From: Minutocellus sp. GHC0000111
Lineage: Eukaryota
Assembly (NCBI GenBank): GCA_977018835.1
Contig: OZ361258.1
Coordinates: 3,906,001-3,970,000, forward strand
Length of the DNA: 64,000 bases
Reading direction: 5' to 3'
The notes under the pieces are model-generated. The model saw only the letters and a program-made list of their open reading frames with translations. It had not been told where the DNA came from and made no database searches. Below are positions 49,498-61,582 of this stretch, in pieces (position 1 is the stretch's first letter; each line of letters starts with the position of its first letter). A program made the translations under genes and the position numbers.

Positions 49498-51608
49498 TTA
49501 CGAGTGATCCTTCTGCCAAACACCGATTGCTTTTTCCAGTTGCTTGACAATCACCTGTTCTGAAAGTTCCTTCACAACAGTTCTATCGTCCATATTGCAC
49601 CTACGGGCTCGGACCCGAAGGTCATTGTCCAATGTTTCTTCCACGAGGACTTCCACGCCGCCCTCCTTGCTCCCCTTTCGCTTCGTCTGGACAGCGCTGG
49701 CAGGTTTGGCCGTGGCGGCAGGAGATCCCTGCCGCTCCAGAGCACGCTCTTCATCCTTGGACTTGTAAGCCGCGCCAGTGTTGGTCTGCTTGAACAAAAT
49801 GCGGATTCCCGATCGATGGATAGTACCCTCAGCCTCCGATGCATCTCTGTGTGACTGCCGCAACATCACAGGCGTTGTCAGGCCAGTGCCCTTAGCCCCG
49901 CCCTCAAACATCTCCGACCACTCTCGAATGTATTCCACGAGCCTATCGTGTCGCTTATCGAGTTCGGCCTGGGACGAAGCCGCAGATCCAGCAAGGCCGT
50001 CAATACGGAATAGCTCGGGTCCATTAAGGCGAAGGAAGGAGTCGTCCCACGCTCGATCCGATGGCTCTTCGCCCGATGCCAAACCACCCGCAAGCGACAT
50101 TGTTGCATTTCTCGCGGATGGCTGGAAGGCAACCGCTTGAACTAGCGTCCTGGCGGCCGCTTCTATACCTAACGCCTCATCCAGAGAATCACCTGGCATG
50201 ATCTCCAAAGATCCCTTGGCCTTGGCATCGTCCACCACATCGCCGTACTTGGCAATGGTACAGTCCAAGGGAACCTGCGTGCCTGGCAGCCTGCGCTTCA
50301 CGGTATTGATGATGGCCTCCTCCACCTCCCTTCGTTTGGTAAGCTTCCCACCCATCATGTTGGCCATGGAATACGGAAACTTTTCCGTCCGCTCGGTGCC
50401 CAGCGAGCTGAGGCAGACCAAATGAGTCGGCGGCGTGCCAATCTTCCCACCTGCCCCGCTGGTACGGCGCAGGATGCGGTCGAGGAGGGTGTCGGCCCCC
50501 GACTTGCCATTGACGCAGGACGCCACGACGATGGCCGTTTGGGCATCCAACCCTCCCAGCGGCGCCGGTTTGGACGTGGAGATGCGCTCGACCGTTATGG
50601 AATCGTCAAACGCCTCGGCGAGAAGCTGGACGAATCGATCGAGAATCTTTTTGGCATCCTTGTCCTGTCCATCATCCGACAGGATCAATACCTTGTTTTC
50701 TGCTGCTGGAGGGGTGGACGTACCGTCCTCGTCACTGGATTTGGCCGCATCTCTCGCCGCCTTCTCCAAACCGGCGGCGAAACCACCAATCAGACCACTC
50801 CCCCCGGCAGCGCTCGAGCTGGACGTCACTACTACGCGCCCGAACGAATCGACTCCCCAGGACCCGACCTCCAACCCCTCCCCCTTCCGGCCCATTCGGG
50901 CGTCGGCATCGGCCGCCGCCTTGGTCCCCATCCGCAGCTCTTCGTTGCTGGCCAAAAAGTCATTGCTCAGCCTGTCAATCTTCCCCATGAGCTTCTCGGT
51001 CTCCTCCCTCGCGCGCAGGTCGGACGCGGCACTGAGTGCCTCGCGGCTCCGTTCAAAGTCTTTTCGTACGGTGGCCTTGAGGTCCTCGATCTCGTCGAGA
51101 CGGGACGCAAACGCATCCTCGATGGCCTTGGCGCCCTCGGCGCGGAGCTCGGCGGCCTCCTCGTCGGTGAGGGGGTGAGCTGTCCACCGATATCGATTCC
51201 GAGGCTGGGCTGGCCTCCGAGGCCGGTGCTCTTCTTGTTGTTGTTGCTGGTATCCTTGCCAAAGTCGGCGTAGTCCTCAGGCGAATCCCAGGCATCTGGA
51301 TCTTCACTGTCATCACCGTCCTCCTTGGATGCGGCAAGGCGGAATGCGGATACGGGCAGGTATCGGGAGCCATGGGATCGGAGGGTATCGCATAAGAGTG
51401 AATATCGGGAGGAGGCATGGTGGTGCGATTGCGAGTGAGAGCGGGCATAACTATTCAAGCTGTTGCTTTGGCGGTTCGACGCATGCAGCGGTGACGATGA
51501 AACCTGGAATGCGCTGCATGTGGCAACAAGGCAGAGGGAACATGCCAGGATGAGCATGGTAAAAGCGGCTCCTGGCCGACGGCAGCGAGGGGAGAAGCTC
51601 GCCCGCAT
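49498..51608 (-). CDS. plastid-targeted protein with coiled coil and degenerate NAD(P)-binding Rossmann-like domain (Tic62/pTAC16-like); apparent frameshift ~51175
   Basis: Signal peptide ending CSA-FQV; HLVCLSSLGTERTEKFPYSMAN...KRREVEEAI, as in atypical SDRs; C-terminal GGVEVLVE..LRVRARRCNM..VVKELSE. Confidence 0.6.
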
Positions 51609-51843
51609 GGCCGACGCGGCGTATCTTGAACCAAGTGTGAGAAAAAATGAGCACATCATCTGCTGCAAAAGCGCGACGCGACTTGGGGTTTGCATTTTTG
51701 CTTCACAACTTCTCAGCTCATCAGCAGAAGAGCCGAACGAGGAGCAAAGCAGGTGGCGGAGCGTCCACGGTCAGTAGTGTCTCTCGTTCCAAGGTGAGAT
51801 ACTAGTCTAGTCTAGTATTTTGCAATGGCAGTACCATCAGCTC

Positions 51844-52731
51844 ATGGAAGACGATAGCCATAGCAAGCGACCGGCCAGGAAGCGCCCACGTACTAGATCT
51901 AGTAGCCCAAAAGCCGGTGACGAGCCGCCGCCTGCATCAACGGCAGGCACATGTGCGAGTGGGAGCACTACTACTACCGCCGATGCCAATGCCAATGCCG
52001 ACACAGACGATGTCATACTCGAGCGGGAGAATACGGCGTGGGATGTGCTGGAGGCCAGGTTCAAACAGAATGCACAGGATGGAAACTACTTTGATCTGAC
52101 CGACGAGACCGCCGGAGACGGAGGCAGGACGCTGTCGGTTGCCGATGCCGAGCAGGCGGTCGAAGCCATGCGGCGGTCAGAACACGCAGACGGGGCTGCT
52201 GCACTTGCATTTAATGACGGGAGCTCGAACAGTGGTGCACCGTTAGCAGCTGTGGCGGCAGCTACCGATCCTCCTGCTGCTACTACTTCTGCCAGTGAAA
52301 CCAGACAAAGTCCCATCATCCGTTCACTGAACAACATGATACACGATACCATAACCGAGCTGCAGGAAGCTCGACAACATCTCCTTGCGGTGATGCAGGG
52401 GCGGCGCCGGCCGCGGTCCCTCCAAGGTATCGTATTGTCGATCCAGCGGCGCACCAACCGTATGCAGACATACGTGAATCGTCATGCCGACGAAGTGATG
52501 GGGTCTACATTGACTGTTGAACGGTTACAAAAGATGAATCTTCTGGTGATCAAAGCCAATGCCCTCATCGATGCAGTAAATGACAGGTGCTTTCGGAACA
52601 CTGCCAACAACAACTGGTGGAGTACCAGCGATAGAGACGGAGGAGGTGGAAACAGAGGAAGTCGCGGTGGCAGTAGTGGCGGCGGAAACGATGAAGTTAT
52701 TGTAATAGACAAAAAATTAGGGATGATCTGA
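51844..52731 (+). CDS. hypothetical protein
   Basis: ~295 aa ORF with NLS-like KRPARKRPR and a helical C-half; no family recognised. Confidence 0.45.
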   Translation: MEDDSHSKRPARKRPRTRSSSPKAGDEPPPASTAGTCASGSTTTTADANANADTDDVILERENTAWDVLEARFKQNAQDGNYFDLTDETAGDGGRTLSVADAEQAVEAMRRSEHADGAAALAFNDGSSNSGAPLAAVAAATDPPAATTSASETRQSPIIRSLNNMIHDTITELQEARQHLLAVMQGRRRPRSLQGIVLSIQRRTNRMQTYVNRHADEVMGSTLTVERLQKMNLLVIKANALIDAVNDRCFRNTANNNWWSTSDRDGGGGNRGSRGGSSGGGNDEVIVIDKKLGMI

Positions 52732-52917
52732 ATTGGAAAACACTTGTAGCTAGCTAAACTAAAAGGGAAGCAGAGCCCATCCAATTCTAATGTTACCAGG
52801 AAGGACAAGGATTCTGACATGTGTCTAAGCATGACGCCTTCGCTTCCTTCCTCTCAGCTCATAACAGAAAATGGATAAATTCAACAGCTTCCCAATACAT
52901 ACTCCTACGCGCTGCTC

Positions 52918-53832
52918 CTACTGACCGCTGTTCTTCCTGCGATTCTTCATCTGCTCCAGCTTCTGCTTGTACTTCGGCCCGCACTGGGCGCCCTTCTTTG
53001 CGATCTCCTCCTTCCGCCGGGCCTCCATCGCCTCGTTCTGCATCAGATGGACGGGCAGCATCTCGTCGTCGGCCGTTTCGATCATCTCTTTCTCCTTTTG
53101 GACGTACGGGTTGTCGATGACGGTGTGGCGGATGCGCTCGATCTCCGGATCGGCAAAGACCTGATTGGAGGCGTCGATGTTGCCGTAGTGCCGGGCCATG
53201 GTCCGGGTGGTGCTGTCCTGCTTGAGCATGGCGAGGTAGACGTCGGCCTTGTTGACGATCCGATCGGCGTCGGGGTTGCGCTTCGTCTTGCCCTGGCCCA
53301 GCCGCTCGGCCTGCTGGGCCTGAGCCTGCGCCTGCGACTGACCCTGTGCCTGCATCGGCTGACCAGCTGGGGGCGGCGGGGGCATCGCCGCCGGAGGAGG
53401 CGGCGTCCAGCTCGTCTCGCCCGTGTACATGTTGTACCAGTACGTGTTTCCGCTGGCCGGATCGACCGCCGTATTCCATGCCTGTTGCTGGACCGGTGCT
53501 GCCGGCTGCTGATATTGTGCCGGCTGCTGCTGATACTGGACCGGTTGCTGCTGAAACTGCTGCTGCTGATATTCTGCAGGCTGTTGCTGGTATTGAACGG
53601 GCTGCTGGGGCTGCTGATATTGGACCGGCTGTTGCTGCTGGTATTGCTGAGGGTCAAGGGGCTGCTGGTACTGCTGAGGCTGGTCCGACATTTGCAACCG
53701 CGAGGCAACACGGCGAGAAGAAGCAATATCACCGCATGACGGAGCAAACGCACTCGCGCCCAAATTTTGAGGATTGCATGCCGCCCCGGCGAGTAGGAGG
53801 CACAGAGCCGTCTTCCTCATCGTCGTCGTCAT
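52918..53832 (-). CDS. plastid-targeted Gln-rich WW-domain protein
   Basis: Signal peptide with a literal ASAFAP cleavage motif; QQP(V/A)QY repeats; WW domain WNTAVDPASGNTYWYNMYTGETSWTPP. Confidence 0.8.
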   Translation of the reverse strand: MTTTMRKTALCLLLAGAACNPQNLGASAFAPSCGDIASSRRVASRLQMSDQPQQYQQPLDPQQYQQQQPVQYQQPQQPVQYQQQPAEYQQQQFQQQPVQYQQQPAQYQQPAAPVQQQAWNTAVDPASGNTYWYNMYTGETSWTPPPPAAMPPPPPAGQPMQAQGQSQAQAQAQQAERLGQGKTKRNPDADRIVNKADVYLAMLKQDSTTRTMARHYGNIDASNQVFADPEIERIRHTVIDNPYVQKEKEMIETADDEMLPVHLMQNEAMEARRKEEIAKKGAQCGPKYKQKLEQMKNRRKNSGQ

Positions 53833-54432
53833 GGTCTCCGTCTTCTTCGTGCGTATGCGTTCTTTGATGAAGTTGTGTCCTCGCTCTTTCGATTTCTTGC
53901 TGCAAGAAATCGGCTGGTGACCTGACGAAGGACGGACGAAATCAATTTCATCTAAATTTTTTTCGAAGCGAGCACAACTTCGCGACATCGCAGCTACTTT
54001 CATCAATAATTATGCCGCCGACCAATCAACAGCCCCACTCTCCTGAGCAGCGAGAACAAACGCGAAGCTCAAGAATACGATCACAAAACGGCCAGCGCAG
54101 GATCTTGTGTGGCTTTCTTATCGACACGAGGCATCTGACTTGAATTGTCAATTTATTTTTATGCCACACGTGATAGGCTATAGTGCCTTCTTGAATGCGC
54201 GATAGTGCAGGGAGGGACGCCTTGTCTGCGTGATCTTTCGATTGATCTAAAGCTGACAGAACCTTCTCGCTTCTTCGAGTATTGCACCGTCGAGTATCAC
54301 ACGAATTGACCAACGGTCGTGGATCTTGTTGTGCACAGGCGGCAACCCCATCGTGCCATCAATCGACCGACAAAGCAAAAACGAGGCAACAGAGTGCAAT
54401 AGCTGCAAAAAGTTCAAAAGAAAGATCATCAG

Positions 54433-56202
54433 ATGAGAGAGAACGTGAGGATGCGAATCCAGAATCTGGGCTCCATGGTCCAAACGATTCTGCAGAACGA
54501 CCCCGCCGGTCTTGGGTCCGAGCAGCTCATGCAAAAGTGCGACCATTTGTCATCGGCGACCAGCGCTACCAGTGAGGTTGAGAGCTTCGAAACTGACGAC
54601 GATGGATCCCCCATCTCGGTGAGGGAGGTCTTGTCGGTATCAGTCGCGAGTTACAGCAGCAGCGATGGCAGTGGCCAGTATAGTGGTACTGGCGGTGGCA
54701 GACAGAGTGGACTGCCCTCCGTTCCGATCACGAGTGCACCAATCGCTGGTACAGGTAGTAGCCGGGGCACCGCCTCCAAGTCACCACCGGCCAGTCCTCC
54801 TCGTCGAAAGGCCCGGAATCATCTCAGATCCTACCAGACTACACACAAGGGCAGAGGAAGTGCCAGTGCAAGCGGTACGAATGCGAGTCGCCACGATGAC
54901 CTTCGTTCGTCACTCCAACAGCAAAAGGTGCATGCGCAGAAGGATCTTGCTCTATCGCATCCGCCCACGCTGGTAACTCCTGCGACGGCTGCTCCTATGC
55001 CCAAGACCAAGCTCTCTCGAGGTGCAACCGCACCCGAACCCAAGATTCCATCCTATTTGGTTCCCACCACGAAGCTTGCCCGGTCCTCTTCCAACCCGGA
55101 CAATCAGGCTGCATCAAACCAAGTAGATCTAGTCGAAGCAGCGAGGAGATCCGTCAGATGGTCGAGCACGGCATCTGTTCGAACCATCGATCCTGTAGAC
55201 GCAGCTTCGCGGACTACGTGTAGTACCGACGACTTGAGTACCCCGTCAACTTCCAACAGCTCCACCCTGGGCTCCACCCAGAGCATCGCATCTACAAGCA
55301 ATTGCCCATCGTCTCTTCATGTCAAGCAAAGACGAACGCTGCAAGAGATTCGAGATGAGGTTGAGCGAATCCAAAAGGTCAGGGCAGCTCAGGCAGCATC
55401 GACCAAACCTTCAAGGCGATCTACCAAAAACAGAACTATCATATCCAACCTTCCCGAAGAGTATTCCGTTCCCATCACCGATGAATCTCGAGATGGCAAG
55501 TTGGCCCCTCGCATTTCTGGCGATAACGCCTCGAATTCGACTTCCAATGAGCCTCTAACGACGGCGTGCGAATCGTTTAAATCGTGCTCGTCAGACATAT
55601 CTCAGCTTTCAACTGTCCCCTTCGCTGCTATGGATACCGTCGTGGTATCTGGACTGCGTATCAGTACTACCAAGGGAATCGGAAACGATGCGACCAGCAA
55701 CCAGACCGCCGAAAGGGCCAAGAAATTCCTACAAGAAGAGCGCGAGAAGGAACGCAAGTATCAACGGCAGAAGGAGAAGCGCAACCAAAAGAAGAAGCCA
55801 TCGTCGTCGCCACCTACCGTAGGAGAGGGTACAAACAGCGCAAAGCAAGTCCGCGAAGGCTCCAAGAGGCAGCCCCATGATCGAAATACCAAGAAGGGCA
55901 AAAAGAAGGTTGCTCCCATCATTTGGGGGGATGACATCGTCAAAGTCCTCCAAGAAGAGCTTCATCACGAGCACGAGGAAGAGGATGATGCCACAGCGGC
56001 TACATCCACTACGACCGATACGGCGGGAGCCAGGACCAAGCTCCGACCAGTCGAGGAGGACGCTGCCGGCGCCTTAAAAAGAAAAGACGACATGGCCGCA
56101 GCGACGGCATGCAAGTCGGTCTGGTCGATTCAGAGCGATGCCACTCGGGTGGTGGACAATCGCACAACGTTTGCCCAAACCCATTTCACGAGGACGGTCT
56201 AA
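54433..56202 (+). CDS. hypothetical Ser/Thr-rich disordered protein
   Basis: 589 aa open frame with low-complexity and coiled-coil segments; start uncertain. Confidence 0.55.
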   Translation: MRENVRMRIQNLGSMVQTILQNDPAGLGSEQLMQKCDHLSSATSATSEVESFETDDDGSPISVREVLSVSVASYSSSDGSGQYSGTGGGRQSGLPSVPITSAPIAGTGSSRGTASKSPPASPPRRKARNHLRSYQTTHKGRGSASASGTNASRHDDLRSSLQQQKVHAQKDLALSHPPTLVTPATAAPMPKTKLSRGATAPEPKIPSYLVPTTKLARSSSNPDNQAASNQVDLVEAARRSVRWSSTASVRTIDPVDAASRTTCSTDDLSTPSTSNSSTLGSTQSIASTSNCPSSLHVKQRRTLQEIRDEVERIQKVRAAQAASTKPSRRSTKNRTIISNLPEEYSVPITDESRDGKLAPRISGDNASNSTSNEPLTTACESFKSCSSDISQLSTVPFAAMDTVVVSGLRISTTKGIGNDATSNQTAERAKKFLQEEREKERKYQRQKEKRNQKKKPSSSPPTVGEGTNSAKQVREGSKRQPHDRNTKKGKKKVAPIIWGDDIVKVLQEELHHEHEEEDDATAATSTTTDTAGARTKLRPVEEDAAGALKRKDDMAAATACKSVWSIQSDATRVVDNRTTFAQTHFTRTV

Positions 56203-56673
56203 AAGGTAGATCTACCATGGTATGCTGGCAGAGCGTTGTTATCGGTACCGGTGGTTACATTGCATAGATAATTAGAATTTACATTAACACGAGTTCCGTT
56301 CTTCGACATAGGCCTAGATTGGATATTGGATATTCTTGGGTCCCGGTCGGTAGACTGGACTCGACTCGAATCGAGTCTAGGGTATTTAGATCTACATGAG
56401 ATATTTTGGGCAGAAGGCCGAGCTTCTTTCCATTGGGAGCTCTCTCTCTCTCTCTCTCTCCCTAGTAGAGACCTAGCTAGACTCTACCATGGTACGTACC
56501 CTAGCTAGAAAATACTTTTCTAATTTGCAGCTGCCTCCGCCTTTTTACTAATTTGCTTTCTTCACCTTTCATCGCCTGAACACGTCAATCTGAAAATAAA
56601 CGTTTTACATAAAAAAACTGGCATGTGCCGTAGATCGACATACATCTAGTCTCTGGCTATGTAGTAGTCTGGT

Positions 56674-59130
56674 CTAACCAACCCATGAGTTGGAGGTAAT
56701 GCCAGGAAGAGAATAAAGTTGAGGTCCACCGGCATCGTTCAGCTGATTTAAACCAGCACGAGGGACGAGCCTTTCGATGTTGCGATCATATAATTCGCCT
56801 GTATTGCCAACAGCCTGAACGGCATTCTGCAACATTCTAGTAAAGAGATCGCCGAAAAGGTTGGTTAGAGGCATCGCATCGACAGCTGCCATTTGTGTGA
56901 TACCCTCCTCTTCGGCAAAGATTGTCGCCTGAAGGATCCAAAAACAGAAGTCAGAGAATGATGGATCATCCTCTCGAGTCATTATGGCCAAGGGATCTTT
57001 GGAGAAAGTGTTAACGCCAATCTCATATGGACCAGTATAGCCAACCGACCGTACACTTCCAGTGGCAACGTCGTGAGTTCCTCCAGCGACAACATTGCAT
57101 TTCCCGTTACGAGACCCATTAATGAAATTTCGCCTCCGGGCTGAACCCAGATGAACTCTTCTGCAAACAGGGATCTTACACCGTCTTCAGTGGTAGTACC
57201 TTCGTTGACGCATATGCGCAGGCTCTCGCATCCTTCCGAGGATGTGTCGAGATTATCAGCGCATTGAGCATAAGGAGGTATGCCCCCGAATCTCAAGCCT
57301 ATGTTGTAACATGGAATAGAAGTTGGCAAGAAGAAAGGGAATATCAGGGGGGAGGGAGAGAAGAGAGGACAATAGAAAGACAAGCACAGAAATAATTGTC
57401 AACAAACTCACCATCGTAGTAATTGGGAACAGTGAAAGAAAAGCCCTTGCCGGTCGTTGGTTCTTTTACATCTCTCTCGAGTGTGTGGGTAGTAATCCTA
57501 GAAAGCACGTCGACAACTCCGTCGTTTAGATATTCAAAACGGGTGGAGGCAGGTAAATCAACGTAAACGATATTGTTGGCAGGCCCATCAAATAGAGCAG
57601 CAGAGATAGCCTTGCAATAGTCCACATCATAACCCTCAAACTCCAGACTTTCGGGGCTAAGTTCGGCAAAACTAGCTCGGCGAGTGATTCCACAACGCAA
57701 GTGCCCGCGTTGATGAATCTTCGAGATGGTGCTCTGTGGAATATTTAGAGGATTTTCGCCCTCGACAGATAAGTTGCCGAATGGCAAAGAGTAGAGACGT
57801 CCGGTCTCGCCGTTATTGATGGTATCAAGGCCACCCCTTGGAACAATTGGCTCTACGTTGCGGGCGTATACCTCTCCATAATTTCCGACAGCACGAACGG
57901 TCTCAATGAAAATATCATCGAACTCTGGGCCAAATACAGAAGTCAGGGAGAGATCATTAGCTGTCGACTGAGTGACTCCCTGCTCTTCGGCAGCAACAAG
58001 CGCCTGTTGGGTCCAAAAGATGACATCACACCAGCGGCGGTCGTCGTCTCGAGCTACCATCGACAGTGGATCTCTTAGCAAAAGATTAGCACCGACCGTA
58101 TACAAGCCAGAATATCCGTTCTTTTCGGCAGAAGGCAGTGCGACCTCGGCCCTGCCACCAGCAATGGTGTTGCATACACCATCAATGAGGCCTTGGTACG
58201 CAGCTGAGAGATCCTCGAACTCAATTACAGCTTCTTCCGGCACGATCGTGCGGACGGCATCGATAGTTGTTGTTCCAGCCTCGACGGATACACTGACGGT
58301 TGAGCAATCAGCTTCGCCGCCGGCTTCTTCATTTCCATGAGAGACATCACTTGCTATGCTGTCCAGACAAGCGACAGCTTCAGGAAGACCGGCATCTAAA
58401 GATTAGGATATTGATTGAAGCAGATATTTTGAGGTGGTTAGATTCGTATTGGAAAGCCGTCTCACGAGATCTTACTGTAGAAAGTAGAAGCTGCTTTCAA
58501 AGTTGCACACTTACATGTGGCACCATCGTAAAAATACGGTTCGCTGAAGCAAAAGCCCTTGCCCACACTCCCCTGAGAAACATCCCTCTCCATAGGGTGG
58601 GTAGTGTAGGCGCTGAGGAGATCGAACCGACCACTTTGGAGATCGATCCATCGATCGGGGAAGGTAGTCCTGACGAATTCTACTTCGGCCCCCACACCAG
58701 CGGCGACAGCTCGGCAAAGGTCGGCGTCCATGCCCACCCAGGTACCCGTGGAGTTGTCGGCAAATCCGACGACAGGAACCACGCCGCATTTGAGGATGGC
58801 AGCACTGGACACAGCATCAAGAGTTCCGGTGGTGGTGGCCGTGTCTCCCTTGCTCTCCACCTCGTCGCCTGATTTTTTGGTTTTTTTCGTAGTGGTGGTT
58901 CCTTCGCCTCCATGGTGTGCAGTACTCATGTCAAGGTTCAGCTGCGACTGGGACGTCGACGCGGCCGCGGCGTTGGCCCTTGAAAGTGCAATCGATCCTA
59001 CAATCAGGGCGGGAACTGCAACAAGAAGGGCGGAGATGGCGGCAGCCTTCCCTACATGTGCTGCTCCACTCGTTTTGGCAGCAGGCGAAGTGTCGTCAGC
59101 CGTCTGAGCTTCTACGTCTTGGTTTGGCAT
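56674..59130 (-). CDS. membrane-anchored protein with two tandem bacterial-type amino-acid-binding (AapJ/BztA-like, SBP family 3) domains; introns 58396..58514 and 57299..57411; apparent frameshift ~57110
   Basis: Two copies of L(K/R)CG..GF...G(M/Y)D(A/V)D(L/Y)C(R/K)A..A, RW/RF..L..G..D(L/V)LS..TTH..ERDV, YYDG, AVGN(Y/T)GE(V/L)Y.RN(V/I)E..VPR.GL; N-terminal TM helix. Confidence 0.82.
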
Positions 59131-59230
59131 GCTAGCTAGTAACGCGATCCGATTGCTATTTCAATCAACGAGAGATGCTCGTTATGAGAAAGAGTGCGTA
59201 CCAGTACAGGGGTGCAGAGAGCGGGTGGCA

Positions 59231-59321
59231 GGCGGTTTCATCCCAGGTGGCGGGCGGTTTCATCCCAGGTGGCGGGCGGTTTCATCCCAGCGTGACATGA
59301 TATGACGGGCGTTTTCATCCC
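59231..59321. repeat. short tandem repeat GGCGGTTTCATCCCAGGTGGCG (22 bp, ~2.7 copies plus one degenerate copy)
   Basis: Directly visible in the divergent promoter between the AapJ-like gene and the 59618 ORF. Confidence 0.85.
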
Positions 59322-59617
59322 TGCTCGAGACGGGAGCTCTCCCAAACATACATGTCTTTCCGTCGCTCTTACAAACTAAAAAACTCGACACGTGCTCGCT
59401 TCCTCGCTCGCTCGCTCTCTGGCGGTTTCCGCCAAGGCCATGCACTCGCCGGTCAGCCAGTCCAGTTGCATCAATCCATAACCTAACCTTTGGTTGGGCA
59501 TATCGCTTGCAGGAGGAATATACATCTGATCTGTAGAGAGTTTCGCCTGATTTTCATTTCACATTTTGTTCTGCAAAATTTCTGGGCAGAATTGAGCTCG
59601 CGATATCTGTTTGACCC

Positions 59618-60898
59618 ATGGCGAAGAAGAGCAAGAGCATGACCAGCGGCGGCGGCACCCGCCAAGCCGCCGTGGCTCGCTCATCGGCCAAGGACCGGGA
59701 CGATGACGCCGGCAGCACTGCTACTGACACCACTGAAACCAGCTCACGCACCAGCTCTCCTGCCGGCTCTGCCGTGAGCGGCGGCAGGAGGTCCAAGGAG
59801 TCGCGCGAGCGTTCTTCGCCTTCCGCCGCTGACAATACCACCACCACCACCGCAACCACAACCAAGACCGCCAAGCAGGTGACGCCCTCCCCGGCTGGCC
59901 GGAAGCGGACCTCCACCGGTAGAGGCAGCAAGGAGAAGTCCGCCGCTGCCGCTGGAACAGACGAAACCGAGCTGCTGGTGGCAACCATCGCGGGCCGTTC
60001 TCCTCCGTCTCCGCAGGCCAAGGCCAATGCGAAGGGCAATGCCAATGGCAAGGGCAATGCCGATGCGAGCGGCACTGCTGCCGCCCCAGCTGCGCCAGCA
60101 GTGGCAGCTTCCCAGAAGAAGAATCCCGCCAAGGTCCCCCACAGGCGCAGCCGGGGCGGGGCCAAGGCCAAGTCCCAAACCAGCGCTCCAACCAAAGCCA
60201 GCACCAAAGCCAGCCTCGCCGAAACCCGCCGGACGTACCGCCGCCCGGCCCTCCTCGGCGCGTTGGCCGCGACGGCCGTCACCGGATTGTACTGCCGGGC
60301 GGCCGTCGAGTGGACCAAGCTCGGCGCCGATGGTGGTGACATGAGCACTGTTGCTGCCGCTGCTGGTGGTGATAGGGGTAGTGGTAGCGGGAATAGTGGT
60401 GCATCCTCGTTGTTGCTGCGGCTGCCGATGCCCCTCACGTCAAAGTCGAAGGCAGAGGGCGATGCCTCCAGCAAGGCCGTTGCCGTCAACACGCGCAATC
60501 AGCTCCTCAACATCTTTAAGGATACTACCGCCAGTAAGGAATCGGCATCTTCATCAGCGGCAGATGCTGCCAGGGCCACTGCTGATCACGCCAAGGAGGC
60601 CAAGAGAGTTGAAAAGGCCGACAAGGCCGCCCGGCGAGCCAAGGACAAGGCGCACAAGAAGGACCTCAAGCGCAAGCATGCCCTCGAAAGGAAGGAGGAA
60701 AGAGAGGAACGGAGAAGGGTGCGGGCGGAGCAGAAGCGTCGGCAGAAGGCCCAGCGGGAGGAGGCCGTGGACAAGACGAAACGGGCCATCCAGGACGGCG
60801 TCAGGAGTGTTCGACGGGGGGTCGGGAGCAAGCTCCGCGACGTTGGTGCGATGTTGAAGAGGACGGTCCAAAAGGACAATGACGCCCTGTTCCTTTGA
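59618..60898 (+). CDS. hypothetical low-complexity protein with central hydrophobic segment and basic coiled-coil C-terminus
   Basis: 426 aa ATG-started ORF; ALLGALAATAVTGLY hydrophobic patch; K/R/E-rich helix. Confidence 0.55.
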   Translation: MAKKSKSMTSGGGTRQAAVARSSAKDRDDDAGSTATDTTETSSRTSSPAGSAVSGGRRSKESRERSSPSAADNTTTTTATTTKTAKQVTPSPAGRKRTSTGRGSKEKSAAAAGTDETELLVATIAGRSPPSPQAKANAKGNANGKGNADASGTAAAPAAPAVAASQKKNPAKVPHRRSRGGAKAKSQTSAPTKASTKASLAETRRTYRRPALLGALAATAVTGLYCRAAVEWTKLGADGGDMSTVAAAAGGDRGSGSGNSGASSLLLRLPMPLTSKSKAEGDASSKAVAVNTRNQLLNIFKDTTASKESASSSAADAARATADHAKEAKRVEKADKAARRAKDKAHKKDLKRKHALERKEEREERRRVRAEQKRRQKAQREEAVDKTKRAIQDGVRSVRRGVGSKLRDVGAMLKRTVQKDNDALFL

Positions 60899-61582
60899 GT
60901 GGGTGGGGAGTGAGGAGGCGAGGCGCTTGCCTTGAATGTACAACCCACGCTACTTACGCACACGCACACACAGGCATCTCCGCTACTACGATGACAAAAA
61001 CTGCTCGAGGCTCGTTGCGAGATTACGAGAGAAGAGCATAGAGATAGAAAAGCTGCTGCTTCCGGACCGAGGCCGAGCCAGCTGGAGCAGCATGACCCGA
61101 CCCGGCGCAATACGGCAATGATTAGACTGAACTTAACAACTAACTTTAACCTTCAAATCATTTAGATGGTTTCCTATTGGAGGCAGCGCTACTAAAGTAA
61201 CGAAATGCAGTGTCGAAAATACATGCTCGGCCATCACTTAGATTACCGATGAGGCAAAATAAATAGGCGCCGCGGCTTTCGCCTCTGTCTCAATTAGTGC
61301 GGGCCATACGGTACAACCTCGATGTAAAAGTAGTCCAAAAGTACCAGTAAACGCATGTGCCGACGCTTTTTCATTCTGTAGTAGTAATAATATATTGTGA
61401 GTAGCAAGCCAATTTTTAAGATTTAGCGTTAGCTCGATGCTCTACTTATGCATGCCTACAAGTGTGCCGACATCGAGCGTACACACTCTTCTAAACTTCC
61501 CACGAAACATGAAGAATACATTTTTTATGAATATTCGCAGGCTGCAAGAAGAAAGGCTCAGCTCGTTATATCAGTGAGCTCT

